Below, piece by piece: positions 37,656-47,939 of a stretch of DNA of 64,000 nt (its first letter is position 1; every line of letters starts with the position of its first letter). The position numbers were made by a program, and so were the translations under genes. The stretch spans positions 98,778-162,777 of the forward strand of contig JADJOR010000009.1 of assembly GCA_016713665.1 (NCBI GenBank). The letters are read 5' to 3'. Below the pieces are notes generated by a model. The model made no database searches and was not told the DNA's origin. It saw nothing but the letters and a program-made list of their open reading frames with translations. The DNA is from Deltaproteobacteria bacterium (GTDB taxonomy: Bacteria > Myxococcota_A > UBA9160 > UBA4427).

Positions 37656-40070
37656 ATGAATCCGAACCCCGCTCCGCCGCTCCACGCCCTCGTCACTCGA
37701 TCCCTCGCCGCGTCCTGCGTCGCTGCGCTGCTGTTTCTCGGGACCGCCGCGAGACCTGCGCTCGCGGGTGCTCCCGCCTCGGGCGAGGCGCCGAACGTCC
37801 TGCCGAGTCCGCCGGCCCCCTTCGCCGGGACGATCGGCACGACCTGGGCCGACTCGACCGCGGCGTTCGCCGCGCCCGTAACGGCGCCCGATGGTGCACC
37901 CAATGTCGTGGTGGTCTTGACCGACGACGTCGGTTTCTCGGCCTCGAGCGCCTTCGGCGGGCCGATCCCGACGCCGAATCTCGAGCGCCTCGCGGCCCAG
38001 GGCCTGACCTACAACCGGTTCCACACGACGGCGATGTGCTCCCCGACCCGAGCTGCGCTGCTCACCGGCCGCAATCATCATGCGGTCCACAACGGCATCG
38101 TCGCAAACCTGACGACGGGCTTCCCCGGCTACGACAACCTGCTTCCGAAGAGCGCCGCGACGATCGCCGAGATCCTGCGCCAGAACGGCTACAACACCGC
38201 GATGTTCGGCAAGCATCACAATGCGCCCGAGCATCACGTCTCCGCCGCCGGCCCCTTCGATCTCTGGCCGACGGGCCTCGGCTTCGAATACTTCTACGGC
38301 TTCATGGCGGCCGAGACCAATCAGTTCACGCCCGCCCTCTATCGCGGCATCACGACGCTCCCGACGCTCGAGCGCGGCGTGCTCGACGAGGCACTCGCCG
38401 ACGACGCGATCCGCTGGCTGCGCAACCAGAAGTCGGTGGCGCCCGAGAAGCCCTTCTTCCTGTACTACGCGACCGGAACGGCTCACGCGCCGCTGCAGGC
38501 GCCGGCCGACTGGATCGCGAAGTTCCGGGGCCGCTTCGATCAGGGCTACGACCGCGTTCGCGCCGAGACGGTCGCGCGTCAGAAGAAGCAGGGGATCGTC
38601 CCGCGCGACACCGTCGACACGCCGCGCCCCGACGGCATCCCCGCCTGGAAGGATCTCACGCCCGAGCAGCGCCGCATCCACACCCGCTTCATGGAGGTCT
38701 ATGCGGCGATGCTCGCGCATCAGGACCATCAGTTCGGCCGTCTGCTCGACGAGCTCGAACGCATGGGGCTCGCGGAGAACACGCTCGTCGTCTTCATCGA
38801 AGGGGACAACGGGGCGTCGGCCGAAGGCGGCCTCCACGGCAGCATGAACCCGATGTCGAACTTCGCGAACGGGACGCAGGAGAGCGAGCAGGCGATCCTG
38901 GAGAAGCTCGACGTGCTCGGTGGCCCCGGGACGGTCGGCAACTGGGGCTTCGGCTGGGCCTGGGCGACGAATGCGCCGCTCCGCCTGACGAAGTCGTACG
39001 CCTCGCATCTCGGCGGCACGCGCAACGGCATGGTCCTTTCCTGGCCCGCGCGCGTGAAGCAGCGGGGAATCCGCTCGCAATTCAGCCATCTGATCGACGT
39101 CGCGCCGACGATCCTCGAGGCGACCGGCATCGCTGCGCCGGAGGTCGTGAACGGCGTCGCGCAGCAGCCCGTCGACGGCGAGAGCCTCGTCTACACCTTC
39201 GACTCCGCGAAAGCGCCGGAGCGCCACCAGACGCAGTACTTCGAGATGATGGGCAATCGCGCGATCTACCACGCCGGCTGGCTCGCGAGCACGACACCGG
39301 CGGCGGAGCCCTGGTCGCCGCGCGCCGAGAAGAAGCTGCCGAGCGAGTACGCCTGGGAGCTCTACGACCTGCGCCGGGATTTCTCCCAGTCGAAGGATCT
39401 CGCTGCGAAGGAGCCCGCGAAGCTCGCGGAGCTGAAGGCGCTCTTCGATGCGGAGGCGAAACGCAATCAGGTCCTGCCGCTGGACAACCGCATGACGATG
39501 GATCGCTTCCTCGCCGTCTCGAGCCAGATCCCCCGCCGCAAGACCTATACCTACTGGGGGGCAGGCGTCAGCGTTCCGAGCGTCCAGGCGGCGCCGATCC
39601 TCAATCGTTCGTTCACGATCACGGCCGAGCTCGATGCGACGGGCTCCGGTGGCGCGATCGCGGAGGGCGCGGGAGCGGGCGTCGATGGCGTGGTGCTCGC
39701 CCTCGGCAGTCGGTTCGGGGGCTGGAGCTTCTTCGTGAAGGACGGGATTCCCGTGGCGACGATGGCGGCTTCGCAGCTTCCGGGCGATCAGTCGCGGGTC
39801 GAAGCGAGCCGGACTCTCCCGTCCGGACGATCGGTGTTGACCTATCAGTTCGTCTCGGACGGCGGCATCAACGCCGGCGGCGAGCTGCGCATCCTCGTCG
39901 ACGGCGAAGAGATCGGCCGGGGCCGGATCGCGCGCACGATCTCGAAGCTGCCCGAGATGACCGACAGCCTCGACATCGGCTTCGATGCCGACACGCCCGT
40001 CTCCGACGAGTATTCCCGCGGTGGTCGCTTCAACCGCGAGCTCAGCCGGGTCGACGTCCGCCTCGATTAG
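37656..40070 (+). CDS. Arylsulfatase (formylglycine-dependent sulfatase family, long ~800-aa form)
   Basis: Signal peptide. NVVVVLTDDVGFSASSAFGG..TTAMCSPTRAALLTGRNHH (CxPxR), GKHH, FIEGDNGAS. Confidence 0.85.
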   Translation: MNPNPAPPLHALVTRSLAASCVAALLFLGTAARPALAGAPASGEAPNVLPSPPAPFAGTIGTTWADSTAAFAAPVTAPDGAPNVVVVLTDDVGFSASSAFGGPIPTPNLERLAAQGLTYNRFHTTAMCSPTRAALLTGRNHHAVHNGIVANLTTGFPGYDNLLPKSAATIAEILRQNGYNTAMFGKHHNAPEHHVSAAGPFDLWPTGLGFEYFYGFMAAETNQFTPALYRGITTLPTLERGVLDEALADDAIRWLRNQKSVAPEKPFFLYYATGTAHAPLQAPADWIAKFRGRFDQGYDRVRAETVARQKKQGIVPRDTVDTPRPDGIPAWKDLTPEQRRIHTRFMEVYAAMLAHQDHQFGRLLDELERMGLAENTLVVFIEGDNGASAEGGLHGSMNPMSNFANGTQESEQAILEKLDVLGGPGTVGNWGFGWAWATNAPLRLTKSYASHLGGTRNGMVLSWPARVKQRGIRSQFSHLIDVAPTILEATGIAAPEVVNGVAQQPVDGESLVYTFDSAKAPERHQTQYFEMMGNRAIYHAGWLASTTPAAEPWSPRAEKKLPSEYAWELYDLRRDFSQSKDLAAKEPAKLAELKALFDAEAKRNQVLPLDNRMTMDRFLAVSSQIPRRKTYTYWGAGVSVPSVQAAPILNRSFTITAELDATGSGGAIAEGAGAGVDGVVLALGSRFGGWSFFVKDGIPVATMAASQLPGDQSRVEASRTLPSGRSVLTYQFVSDGGINAGGELRILVDGEEIGRGRIARTISKLPEMTDSLDIGFDADTPVSDEYSRGGRFNRELSRVDVRLD

Positions 40071-41284
40071 AGATCCGGCAGCGTGGCGTCGTAGCCGCCG
40101 GCGCGGAGCGCTTCGCAAAGCGCGCGCAGATGGTCGCCGCCTCGCGTCGACACGACGAGCTCGACCTGCGCCTCCTTGAGCGGGACCCGGCCGAAGGCGC
40201 GCTCGTGGTGGATCTCGATCACGTTGGCGCGCGCCTCGGCGACGATCCGCGCGACGTCCGCGAGGGCGCCCGGTCGATCCGGCAGCTGGATGCGCAGGCG
40301 CACCAGCCGTCGAGATCGTGCCAGTCCCCGCTCGATGATCGAAGCCAGCACGAGCAGATCGATGTTGCCGCCCGAGAGCACGACGCCGACCCGTTTGCCG
40401 GCGAAGAGCGCGCGATGCCGCATGACGGCGGCCAGGGCCGCCGCGCCGGCGCCCTCGGCGACGGTCTTCTCGATCTCGAGCAAGGCGAGCACCGCTTCCT
40501 CGAGGTCGATCTCGCTGACGAGCAGCATCTCGCGCAGGCGGCTGCGCAGGATGGCCCGCGTCCGCTCGCCCGGCCGCTTGACGGCGATGCCTTCCGCGAT
40601 CGTGTCGCGGCCGCAGGCGATGGATTCGCCCGCGAGCGCCTGCTTCATCGACGGAAAGCGCTCGGGCTCGACGCCGTAGACGGCGACGTCGCCGGCGACG
40701 AGGGCGCAGCCGGCGGCGAGCCCACCGCCGCCCACCGGGATCACGAGGGCCTCGAGCTCGGGCTGGTCCTCGAGCATCTCGAGGGCGACGGTGCCCTGGC
40801 CGGCGATGACGGCGGGATCGTCGTAGGGATGGACGAACGTGAGCCCGCGCTCCCGGGCCAGGGCAAAGGCCCGATCGCTCGCGGCGTCGAGGTCGTCGCC
40901 GTGGAGCACGACCTCGGCGCCGAGGCGCTGCGTGTACTCGACCTTCACGTTCGGCGTGTAGAGCGGCATCACGATCGTCGAGCGGATGCCGAGGCGGGTC
41001 GCGTGGTGGGCGACGGCCTGGGCATGATTGCCCGCCGACATCGCGACGACGCCGCGTTCGCGCTCCTCGGCGGAGAGGGCCAGCAGCTTTGCGAGCGCGC
41101 CCCGCTCCTTGAACGAGGCCGTGAACTGCAGGTTCTCGAACTTGACGAAGACGCGCGCGCCCGTGATCTCGGAGAGCGTGCGCGACTCGAGGCAGGGCGT
41201 CCGCACGACGGAGCCTGCGATCCGACGGGCGGCGGCGAGGACGTCGGCGCGATCGGGGGACGCTTCGGATCGTTCGGAGGTCAT
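40067..41284 (-). CDS. ilvA: Threonine ammonia-lyase (threonine dehydratase) with C-terminal ACT-like regulatory domain
   Basis: FVKFENLQFTASFKERGA (PLP Lys), SAGNHAQAVA, IPVGGGGL, GIAVKRPG, and the C-terminal LRIQLPDRPGALADV. ATG 41284 is preferred over GTG 41323. Confidence 0.8.
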   Translation of the reverse strand: MTSERSEASPDRADVLAAARRIAGSVVRTPCLESRTLSEITGARVFVKFENLQFTASFKERGALAKLLALSAEERERGVVAMSAGNHAQAVAHHATRLGIRSTIVMPLYTPNVKVEYTQRLGAEVVLHGDDLDAASDRAFALARERGLTFVHPYDDPAVIAGQGTVALEMLEDQPELEALVIPVGGGGLAAGCALVAGDVAVYGVEPERFPSMKQALAGESIACGRDTIAEGIAVKRPGERTRAILRSRLREMLLVSEIDLEEAVLALLEIEKTVAEGAGAAALAAVMRHRALFAGKRVGVVLSGGNIDLLVLASIIERGLARSRRLVRLRIQLPDRPGALADVARIVAEARANVIEIHHERAFGRVPLKEAQVELVVSTRGGDHLRALCEALRAGGYDATLPDL

Positions 41285-41309
41285 CGAAAGGCCGTCGGCC
41301 GCGCTCGAC

Positions 41310-42866
41310 TCATCGCCGCGCACTCTCCTCCGAGGATGGCTCTTCCGCCGCGACCCGTCCGAGATAATCCGGCAGCTCGACGCCCGCCATCTTCGCGATC
41401 TCCTGGAGCGGCGGAAGACTCGTCACGAGGCTCGACAGGAACTGCGAGGTCGAGGAGCTCTTTCCGTTCGCCGAGCCCGAGTCCCAGACGGTGATCTTGT
41501 CGATCTTCAGGTTCTGGATCGCCTCGACCTGCTTGGCGACGATCTCCTCGAGCTTCTCGATCATGAGGAGCGTCGCGGCGGAGCGCGCGTCGCCGGCGCT
41601 GCGCACGAGGGACTCGTAGCCGGCGGCCTTGCTCTCGAGGACCTGGCGGATGCCGCGGGCCTCCGCCTCGTACTTCATCAGGATCGCGTCGGCCTCGCCG
41701 CGGGCATTGCGTCGGATGCGCTCGGCCTCGGCCTCGGCGGCGATCTCGATCTTCTTGCGCTCGACCTCCTGGCGCACGACCTCGACGGCGTTCAGGCGCT
41801 CGGTCTCGGCCGCCGCCTGGGCCTTCTGGATCTCGACCTGGGCATTGAGTCGTGCGACTTCGCCGCGCTGGAGCGCCTCGGCCTCGCGCTGCGCGAGGGT
41901 GGCGTTCGACTGGACGATGTCGGCCCGGGCGGTGTTCTCGCCCTTGATCGCCTCGGCCTCCTGACCCTGGACGAAGATGCGCTGGCTCGCCTCGGCGGCC
42001 TTCTTGCCCTTCTCGGCCTCGGCGACGTTCTCGGCGACGCGCACGGTCTTCTCGCGCACGGCGACCGCCTCGCCGATCGCCGCCGTCGATTCCTGCTGCT
42101 GCACGAAGACGCGCTGATCGGCCTCGGCGGCCTTCTTGCCCTTCTCCGACTGCGCGACGTTCTCGGCGACGCGGATCGTCTGCTCGCGGCGGTTCTCGGC
42201 GTTGCCGATCTCGCCGATCTTGTCCTGCTCGGAGACGTCGACCTTGGCGCGGTTGATCGCCTCGCTCGCGGCCTTGCGGCCGATGCTGTCGATGTACTCC
42301 GACTCGTCGGTGATGTCGGTGATGTTCACGTTGATGAGATAGAGGCCGATCTTGTTGAGCTCGGGCTCGACGTTCGCGCGGATCGCCGTCAGGAAGCTCT
42401 CGCGGTCCTGGTTGATCTGCTCGATCGTGAGCGAGGCGATCGTGAGGCGCAGCTGACCGAAGATGATCTCCTTGGCCATGCTCTCGATGTCGGGCTGGGT
42501 CAGGCGCAGCAGCCGCTCGGCGGCATTCGTCATGATCGCGGGATTCGTGCTGACGCCGACGGTGAAGGTCGAGGGGACGTTGACGCGGATGTTCTGGAGC
42601 GACAGCGCGCCCTGGAGCGGAATCGCGATCGTCATGGGGGTCAGGCGGAGGAACGCGTAGTCCTGGATCAGCGGGAGCACGAGGGCGCCACCGCCGTGGA
42701 TGCAGCGGGCGGACTGGCCGGTTCCGACGCGGCCGTAGATCACGAGGATCATGTCCGAGGGGCAGCGCTTGTAGCGCGACGCGAAGAACATCGCCGAGGA
42801 GAACAGGATGAAGACGACGCCGAGGGCGGCGAGGGCCGAGAATCCGTTCGCGAGGATCAGGTCCAT
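41310..42866 (-). CDS. Flotillin-like SPFH/band-7 protein (YqiK-type)
   Basis: N-terminal TM helix and an SPFH core (VPSTFTVGV..IIFGQLRLTIASLTIEQINQDRESF), followed by a long Ala/Glu/Arg-rich coiled-coil. Confidence 0.8.
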   Translation of the reverse strand: MDLILANGFSALAALGVVFILFSSAMFFASRYKRCPSDMILVIYGRVGTGQSARCIHGGGALVLPLIQDYAFLRLTPMTIAIPLQGALSLQNIRVNVPSTFTVGVSTNPAIMTNAAERLLRLTQPDIESMAKEIIFGQLRLTIASLTIEQINQDRESFLTAIRANVEPELNKIGLYLINVNITDITDESEYIDSIGRKAASEAINRAKVDVSEQDKIGEIGNAENRREQTIRVAENVAQSEKGKKAAEADQRVFVQQQESTAAIGEAVAVREKTVRVAENVAEAEKGKKAAEASQRIFVQGQEAEAIKGENTARADIVQSNATLAQREAEALQRGEVARLNAQVEIQKAQAAAETERLNAVEVVRQEVERKKIEIAAEAEAERIRRNARGEADAILMKYEAEARGIRQVLESKAAGYESLVRSAGDARSAATLLMIEKLEEIVAKQVEAIQNLKIDKITVWDSGSANGKSSSTSQFLSSLVTSLPPLQEIAKMAGVELPDYLGRVAAEEPSSEESARR

Positions 42867-42926
42867 GTTCGTTCGGGTCTCCCGGAGCGAGGGTTTCGAG
42901 CGAGGCGGATGGCGATCGAGGTGGCC

Positions 42927-43583
42927 TCAGGAGGCAGGCAGCGCTTCCACGACGAGACTGTTCGCGCGGACCGCGACGACGCGAACGGCCCGGCCCGTCG
43001 CGAGCTCGCCGGTCCCGTTCGTCTGCGCGTCGTAGATGCCGAGGCGTCCCTGGAGACTGACCTGGACCTGTCCTCCCGAGCCGGGCTTGACGGTCAGATA
43101 GACGACGCCCTCCTGGCCGACGGCGGAGGCGAGGTCGAGGGTGCCGCTCGACTGCAGGCCCATCATCGCGTCGAAGACCTTCGCGAGGACCCACATCGCG
43201 GCGAATCCCGCGACGAGGGCGATCGAGACGGCGAAGGGCGGCGACAGCTCGGCCTCGTGGGTCATCGCGAGGCCGACCAGGCCGAACATCATCAGGAAGG
43301 CAGCGACGCCCTGGATCGTGAGCAGGCGCGTTCCCGCGTCGGTGTCGCTCCAGGAGTCGGTGGTCCCTGCGTTTCCACCGGTCGCCTGGCCGCTGGCATG
43401 GCCGCTGGCATGGCCGCCGGCATGGCCGCCGGCGTCGCTGCCGTCGCTGGCGCTGGTCGATCCGACGTCGTGGGCTCCGCCGAAGCTGTGGTCGTCGCCG
43501 ATCCCGAAGAGCATGAGGAGCATGCGGAGCGCGACCGTCGCCCCGCCGATCACGGCCGAGAACAAGAAGAGCGAGTCGAGCAA
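42927..43583 (-). CDS. NfeD-like membrane protein (YqiJ-type partner of flotillin); start uncertain
   Basis: TM helices, then a C-terminal beta-barrel-like GQEGVVYLTVKPGSGGQVQVSLQGRLGIYDAQT..VRVVAVRANSLVVE. A TTG start at 43583 is proposed. The upstream part of ORF 42927-43715 has low third-position GC. Confidence 0.6.
   Translation of the reverse strand: MLDSLFLFSAVIGGATVALRMLLMLFGIGDDHSFGGAHDVGSTSASDGSDAGGHAGGHASGHASGQATGGNAGTTDSWSDTDAGTRLLTIQGVAAFLMMFGLVGLAMTHEAELSPPFAVSIALVAGFAAMWVLAKVFDAMMGLQSSGTLDLASAVGQEGVVYLTVKPGSGGQVQVSLQGRLGIYDAQTNGTGELATGRAVRVVAVRANSLVVEALPAS
43388..43435 (-). repeat. 12-bp tandem repeat x4 inside the NfeD-like gene (encodes GGHAGGHASGHASG)
   Basis: Plus strand reads GGCCGCTGGCAT GGCCGCTGGCAT GGCCGCCGGCAT GGCCGCCGGCGT. 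Confidence 0.85.
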
Positions 43584-43728
43584 CGGCTTCCCCCCTCGTC
43601 GAACCGGATCGACCCTAGCATAGGCGGATGGGCCAAGGTCCGGACGGTCGTTCGCCGAACTACGGGACGAACGGTGACGTCGACCGAACGGCATGGTATC
43701 CCGTGTCGACGCCACGAGGAGGCGCGCG

Positions 43729-44685
43729 ATGCTTCGAATCCGTCCGGCGGCAGGTCTCCGGGAGCTCGAGCGGCCGGAGCGGCGTGACTACTTCCGGTTC
43801 CGGGTGCGTCCCGTCGGCGCGTCGCTCGGTGCGCTCGTCGAGGGTATCGAGCTCGCGAATCCCTGCGACGACGCGACCTTCTCGGCCCTCGTGCAGGCGC
43901 TCCAGGATTGGAAGGTGCTGTTCTTCCGCGATCAAAGCCTCGACGCCGAACGGCAGGCGCTGCTTTGCGACCGTTTCGGCCTTCTCTCCGACGACACCCT
44001 CGTTCCGAGGACGGCCGATCGCCACGCAGAGGACATTTCCGACATGGTCGTCGTCTTCACTCGCGATGCCACGACCGTAGGCCTCGAGAACGAGTGGCAT
44101 GGAGACGGCACGTTTCGTCCGATGCCGACGATGGGGACGATGCTGCGCGCGATCGAGGTCCCCGAGGTCGGTGGCGATACGCTCTTCGCCGACATGTCGG
44201 GGGCCTTCATGCTCCTTCCCGCCGAGCTGCGGCGCCGCGTCGTCGGGCTCACCGCGATCCACGACTGGAGCATCGGCGCCTACGCCGCCAAGTACGGCGA
44301 TCGACTCGATGCGTTGCGCGCAGCGCATCCGCCGGTGGCGCACCCCGTCGTGATCCGGCATCCGGCGACCGGGCGCCCGACGCTCTTCGTGAATCGGCTC
44401 TTCACGCGGGAGATCGTCGGACTTCGGGCTGACGAAGGGGAAGAGCTCCTCGCGGCGCTCTGCGGGATGGTCGATCTGCCGGAGGTCCAGGTGCGTTGGC
44501 GCTGGGAGCCGGGCTCCGTCGCGCTGTGGGACAACGTCGCCTGCAATCACTACGGCGCGAACGACTACTACCCGGCGCGCCGCGTGATGGCCCGGACGAC
44601 GTTCTTCAGCCGGGAGCACGAGCGTTTGCTGCCGTGGACGGATTCGGGCTGTCAGGCCTCGTCGCCCTCGCGCGTGAACTCGTAG
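43729..44685 (+). CDS. TauD/TfdA-family Fe(II)/2-oxoglutarate dioxygenase (second copy)
   Basis: NEWHGDGTF (HxD), [41 protein letters not shown]. The 3' end overlaps can by 34 nt (convergent). Confidence 0.8.
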   Translation: MLRIRPAAGLRELERPERRDYFRFRVRPVGASLGALVEGIELANPCDDATFSALVQALQDWKVLFFRDQSLDAERQALLCDRFGLLSDDTLVPRTADRHAEDISDMVVVFTRDATTVGLENEWHGDGTFRPMPTMGTMLRAIEVPEVGGDTLFADMSGAFMLLPAELRRRVVGLTAIHDWSIGAYAAKYGDRLDALRAAHPPVAHPVVIRHPATGRPTLFVNRLFTREIVGLRADEGEELLAALCGMVDLPEVQVRWRWEPGSVALWDNVACNHYGANDYYPARRVMARTTFFSREHERLLPWTDSGCQASSPSRVNS

Positions 44686-45302
44686 GTGAAGATCGCGTGG
44701 GGGACGTTTCCCGGATCGACCTTCGCGACCTGCTTCAGGTAGCCGGTATGGATGTCGTAGATCCAGCCATGAAGCGTCGGTCGCTGCTCCTTCCGCCAGG
44801 CACGCTGGACGAACGACAGCTCCGCGAGATGGTTGACCTGCTCGAAGACGTTGATCTCGATCAGTCGTTCGTAGCGCTGCTCCTCGTCGGCGATCGCGTC
44901 GAGCTCCGAAGCATGCAGTCGGTAGACGTCCTTGATGTGGCGGAGCCATTTGTTGATCAGCCCGAGATCCTGGCGGGACATCGCCGCGCGGACGCCGCCG
45001 CAGCCGTAGTGTCCGCAGATGATGACGTGCTTGACCTTCAGGACCTCGACCGCGTATTGCACGACCGAGAGCATGTTGAAGTCCGTGTGGACGACCAGGT
45101 TCGCGATGTTGCGATGGACGAAGAGCTCGCCCGGCTCGACGCCCGTCACCTCCTCGGCGGGGACACGGCTGTCCGCGCAGCCGATCCAGAGGAACTCGGG
45201 CTTCTGGACGCCCGTGTTGCGCGTGAAGAAGTCCGCGCGAAGGCTCAGCTTGTCCTGGACCCACGCCTTGTTGTTCAGGAGCAGTCGCTTGTAGGTTTCC
45301 AT
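44652..45302 (-). CDS. can: Beta-class carbonic anhydrase
   Basis: Aligns by eye with E. coli Can: [62 protein letters not shown]. Confidence 0.9.
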   Translation of the reverse strand: METYKRLLLNNKAWVQDKLSLRADFFTRNTGVQKPEFLWIGCADSRVPAEEVTGVEPGELFVHRNIANLVVHTDFNMLSVVQYAVEVLKVKHVIICGHYGCGGVRAAMSRQDLGLINKWLRHIKDVYRLHASELDAIADEEQRYERLIEINVFEQVNHLAELSFVQRAWRKEQRPTLHGWIYDIHTGYLKQVAKVDPGNVPHAIFTYEFTREGDEA

Positions 45303-45318
45303 GTCGTTCGTCCCCGCT

Positions 45319-46881
45319 TCAGGCTGCCTGGATCTGCTTGTCGAAGACGTTGTGGTATTCGATCTGGATCCCCCGGAACGTCGCCGCCGTCTCGAACTCC
45401 TTCAGGGTTTCGTAGATGTCCACGTCGACGTAGAGCGCCTTCGTTCCGTCGATGATCACGCGCGAGTCATCCGGGATGCCGCGTAGACGTCCCTTGAGCT
45501 CCGTCTTGTTGACGAACGACATGTCCTTGTTGAAGCGGAGCAGCCAGGTCTCCCCGTCGTCGACGACGGTGAGGGCCGAATGGTGGTTCGTCCGGATCAC
45601 GAAGAAGATCCCCGTGAGCAGCCCGATCGCGATGCCCGTGAGGAGATCCGAGCCGACGATGGCTACGACGGTCACGAAGAACGGGATGAATTGCGTCGGA
45701 CCCTTCGACCACATCTCCTTCACGATCTTGTGGGAGGCGAGCTTGTAGCCGACGGCGAGCAGGATCGACGCGAGCGCCGCCAGCGGAATGTGGTTGAGGT
45801 ATCGGGCGAGCAGGGCGACCGCCACGAGCATGATGGCGCCGTGGACGAACGCCGAGAGCCGCGTCCGCGCGCCGGCATACACGTTCGCCGAGCTGCGGAC
45901 GATCACCGACGTGAGCGGCAGGCCCCCGAGCAGACCCGAGAGCACGTTGCCGATGCCCTGGGCCCGCAGCTCCCGGTTCGTGTCGGACATCCGCTTCTCG
46001 GGATCGAGCTGGTCCGTCGCCTCCAGGCAGAGGAGGGTCTCGATGCTGCCGACCAACGCGATCGTCACGGCGACGATCCAGACGTCCGTCCGCCCGATCG
46101 CGGCGAAGTCGGGCAGGGAGAAGAAGGCGAAGAAGTCGTATGCCGAGCTCGCGACGGGGAGGCTGACGAGGTGGGCCGCCGAGACGAGCTTCCAATCGGG
46201 GTGGAACAGGCCGAAAGCCTCGTTGAGCAGGGTACCCGCGATCACGACGAGCAGCGGCGCGGGAATCAGGCCCGACCAGGCTCTGCGCTTGATGGCCGGC
46301 TGCTCCCATGCAAAGAGGATCGCGAGGGAGACCAGCGAGATCACGACGGCTCCCGTGCTCGGCGAGGCGAACGAGTAGAACATCTCGGTGAACGTGTTCA
46401 GCTGATCCGTCTGGGTCTGGAGGAAGGTCTCGTCGCCGATGTAGTCGCGATCGTCGCCGAGCGCATGGGGGATCTGTTTCAGCACGATCACCACGCCGAT
46501 CGCCGCCAGCATCCCGCGGATCACGCTGTTGGGCACGTAATTTCCGATCACCCCGGCGCGCAGCGCGCCGAACGCGATCTGGATCAATCCCGAGAGGACG
46601 ACGGCGACCGTGAAGGTCTCGAATCCGCCGAGCTTCGTGATCGCAGCCGCGACGACCACGGTCAGGCCCGCGGCGGGTCCGCTCACGGAGAGCTCGGAGC
46701 CCGACAACAGGGAGACGACGAGGCCCGCGACGATGCCGGCGATCACACCGGAGAAGAGCGGCGCGCCCGAGGCGAGGGCAATGCCGAGGCAGAGTGGCAA
46801 TGCCACGAGGAAGACCACGACACCAGCGGGGACGTCGCGGCGCGCGTGTCGAAGAGTCGGCAGGTCGAAGTGTCGGCTCAT
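45319..46881 (-). CDS. SulP-family anion transporter with C-terminal STAS domain (bicarbonate/sulfate permease type)
   Basis: 520 aa: polytopic membrane core plus a STAS-like tail ([50 protein letters not shown]). It lies directly upstream of can on the same strand. Confidence 0.85.
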   Translation of the reverse strand: MSRHFDLPTLRHARRDVPAGVVVFLVALPLCLGIALASGAPLFSGVIAGIVAGLVVSLLSGSELSVSGPAAGLTVVVAAAITKLGGFETFTVAVVLSGLIQIAFGALRAGVIGNYVPNSVIRGMLAAIGVVIVLKQIPHALGDDRDYIGDETFLQTQTDQLNTFTEMFYSFASPSTGAVVISLVSLAILFAWEQPAIKRRAWSGLIPAPLLVVIAGTLLNEAFGLFHPDWKLVSAAHLVSLPVASSAYDFFAFFSLPDFAAIGRTDVWIVAVTIALVGSIETLLCLEATDQLDPEKRMSDTNRELRAQGIGNVLSGLLGGLPLTSVIVRSSANVYAGARTRLSAFVHGAIMLVAVALLARYLNHIPLAALASILLAVGYKLASHKIVKEMWSKGPTQFIPFFVTVVAIVGSDLLTGIAIGLLTGIFFVIRTNHHSALTVVDDGETWLLRFNKDMSFVNKTELKGRLRGIPDDSRVIIDGTKALYVDVDIYETLKEFETAATFRGIQIEYHNVFDKQIQAA

Positions 46882-47030
46882 GGCATTCGCTATGCGGAGA
46901 TGTTCGCGGTCCAGACCTCTGTTTAGTCTGGATCGATAGGCAGGTCAACCCGTGCGAGATCCGGGAGAAATCCGTCGCGACGTCGAATTCACACGGGCGG
47001 TGGTGGGCCCACTCCGCCGCGAGCCCTCGC

Positions 47031-47939
47031 TCAGCGACCGTAGGGTGTGTCGAGCGGGTAGGGCTGGAAGCGGCCGAGGGCGTCGACCAGCTCGTCGACG
47101 GCCCAGGCTCCTTCCTTGCTCGTCCGTTGGCCGATCTGGATCGGCTGGAAGAGTCCGATCTCGCCCTTCGCGACGAAGAAGATCTGACCGTTGATGGAGC
47201 CGGTCTCCTCGCTGCAGAGACTCGCGATCAGGACGGCGACGTCCTCGGGCTTCTGCGCGACCTTCATCAGGTTCTCGGCGCGGATCGCGGCATCGCCGCC
47301 TTGTCGACGGAACGTCTCGACGGCCGTGAGGACCATGCGCGTCTCGGTCGACGACGGATTGACCCCGTTCACCGTGATGCCGTAGGGCGCGAGATCCCGG
47401 GCAATCACGTTGGTGAAGCCGAAGACGCCGCCCTTGCCGGCGCCATAGGCCGAGTTCTCCGGGACTCCGATCAGGCCCGCGCGCGAGACGAGATTGACGA
47501 TCCGTCCCCAGCGCTTCGCCATCATGTGCGGAATCGCGTGGCGGGTGCAGAAGAAGGTGCCCTTCACGTGGCTGTCGCAGACGCGCTCGAAGAGCGCCGC
47601 GTCGAGCGCCCAGACCGGCGTCGCGATGTTGACGCCGGCGTTGTTGACGAGGATGTCGATCCCACCGAAGGTGTCGATCGCCGTCTGGATGATCCGCCCT
47701 GCGCCGTCCCATTCGGCGACCGAATCGCGGTTCGAGACGGCGCGTCCGCCGGCCTCGCGGATCTCCTTCGCGACGGCCTCGGCCGGCGCCGAGTCGGCTC
47801 CCTGGCCGTCGACGGCGGAGCCGAGATCGTTCACCACGACGTTCGCGCCCATGCGCGCGAGCAGGATGGCGGTCGCGCGGCCGATGCCGCGACCGGCGCC
47901 GGTCACGATGGCCGTCCGGCCGGAGAGGGTCGTCGTCAT
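47031..47939 (-). CDS. SDR-family oxidoreductase
   Basis: GRTAIVTGAGRGIGRA, NNAG, YGAGKGG. The ATG overlaps the upstream stop (ATGA at 47936-47939). Confidence 0.85.
   Translation of the reverse strand: MTTTLSGRTAIVTGAGRGIGRATAILLARMGANVVVNDLGSAVDGQGADSAPAEAVAKEIREAGGRAVSNRDSVAEWDGAGRIIQTAIDTFGGIDILVNNAGVNIATPVWALDAALFERVCDSHVKGTFFCTRHAIPHMMAKRWGRIVNLVSRAGLIGVPENSAYGAGKGGVFGFTNVIARDLAPYGITVNGVNPSSTETRMVLTAVETFRRQGGDAAIRAENLMKVAQKPEDVAVLIASLCSEETGSINGQIFFVAKGEIGLFQPIQIGQRTSKEGAWAVDELVDALGRFQPYPLDTPYGR

Noticed and set aside
37458-41494. Long ORFs 37458-40118 (-) and 37598-41494 (+) overlapping the sulfatase and ilvA
   Set aside because: They are alternative-frame or antisense shadows of clearly coding genes and contain no motifs.
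43584-43715. Upstream 44 codons of ORF 42927-43715 as the NfeD-like N-terminus
   Set aside because: Third-position GC is only about 55% and the peptide is low-complexity (MASTRDTMPFGRRHRSSRSS..). The hydrophobic protein body starts after TTG 43583.
41028-43787. 919-aa plus-strand ORF over the flotillin and NfeD region
   Set aside because: It is antisense to the SPFH/flotillin gene and is low-complexity Leu/Asp/Gly/Arg sequence.
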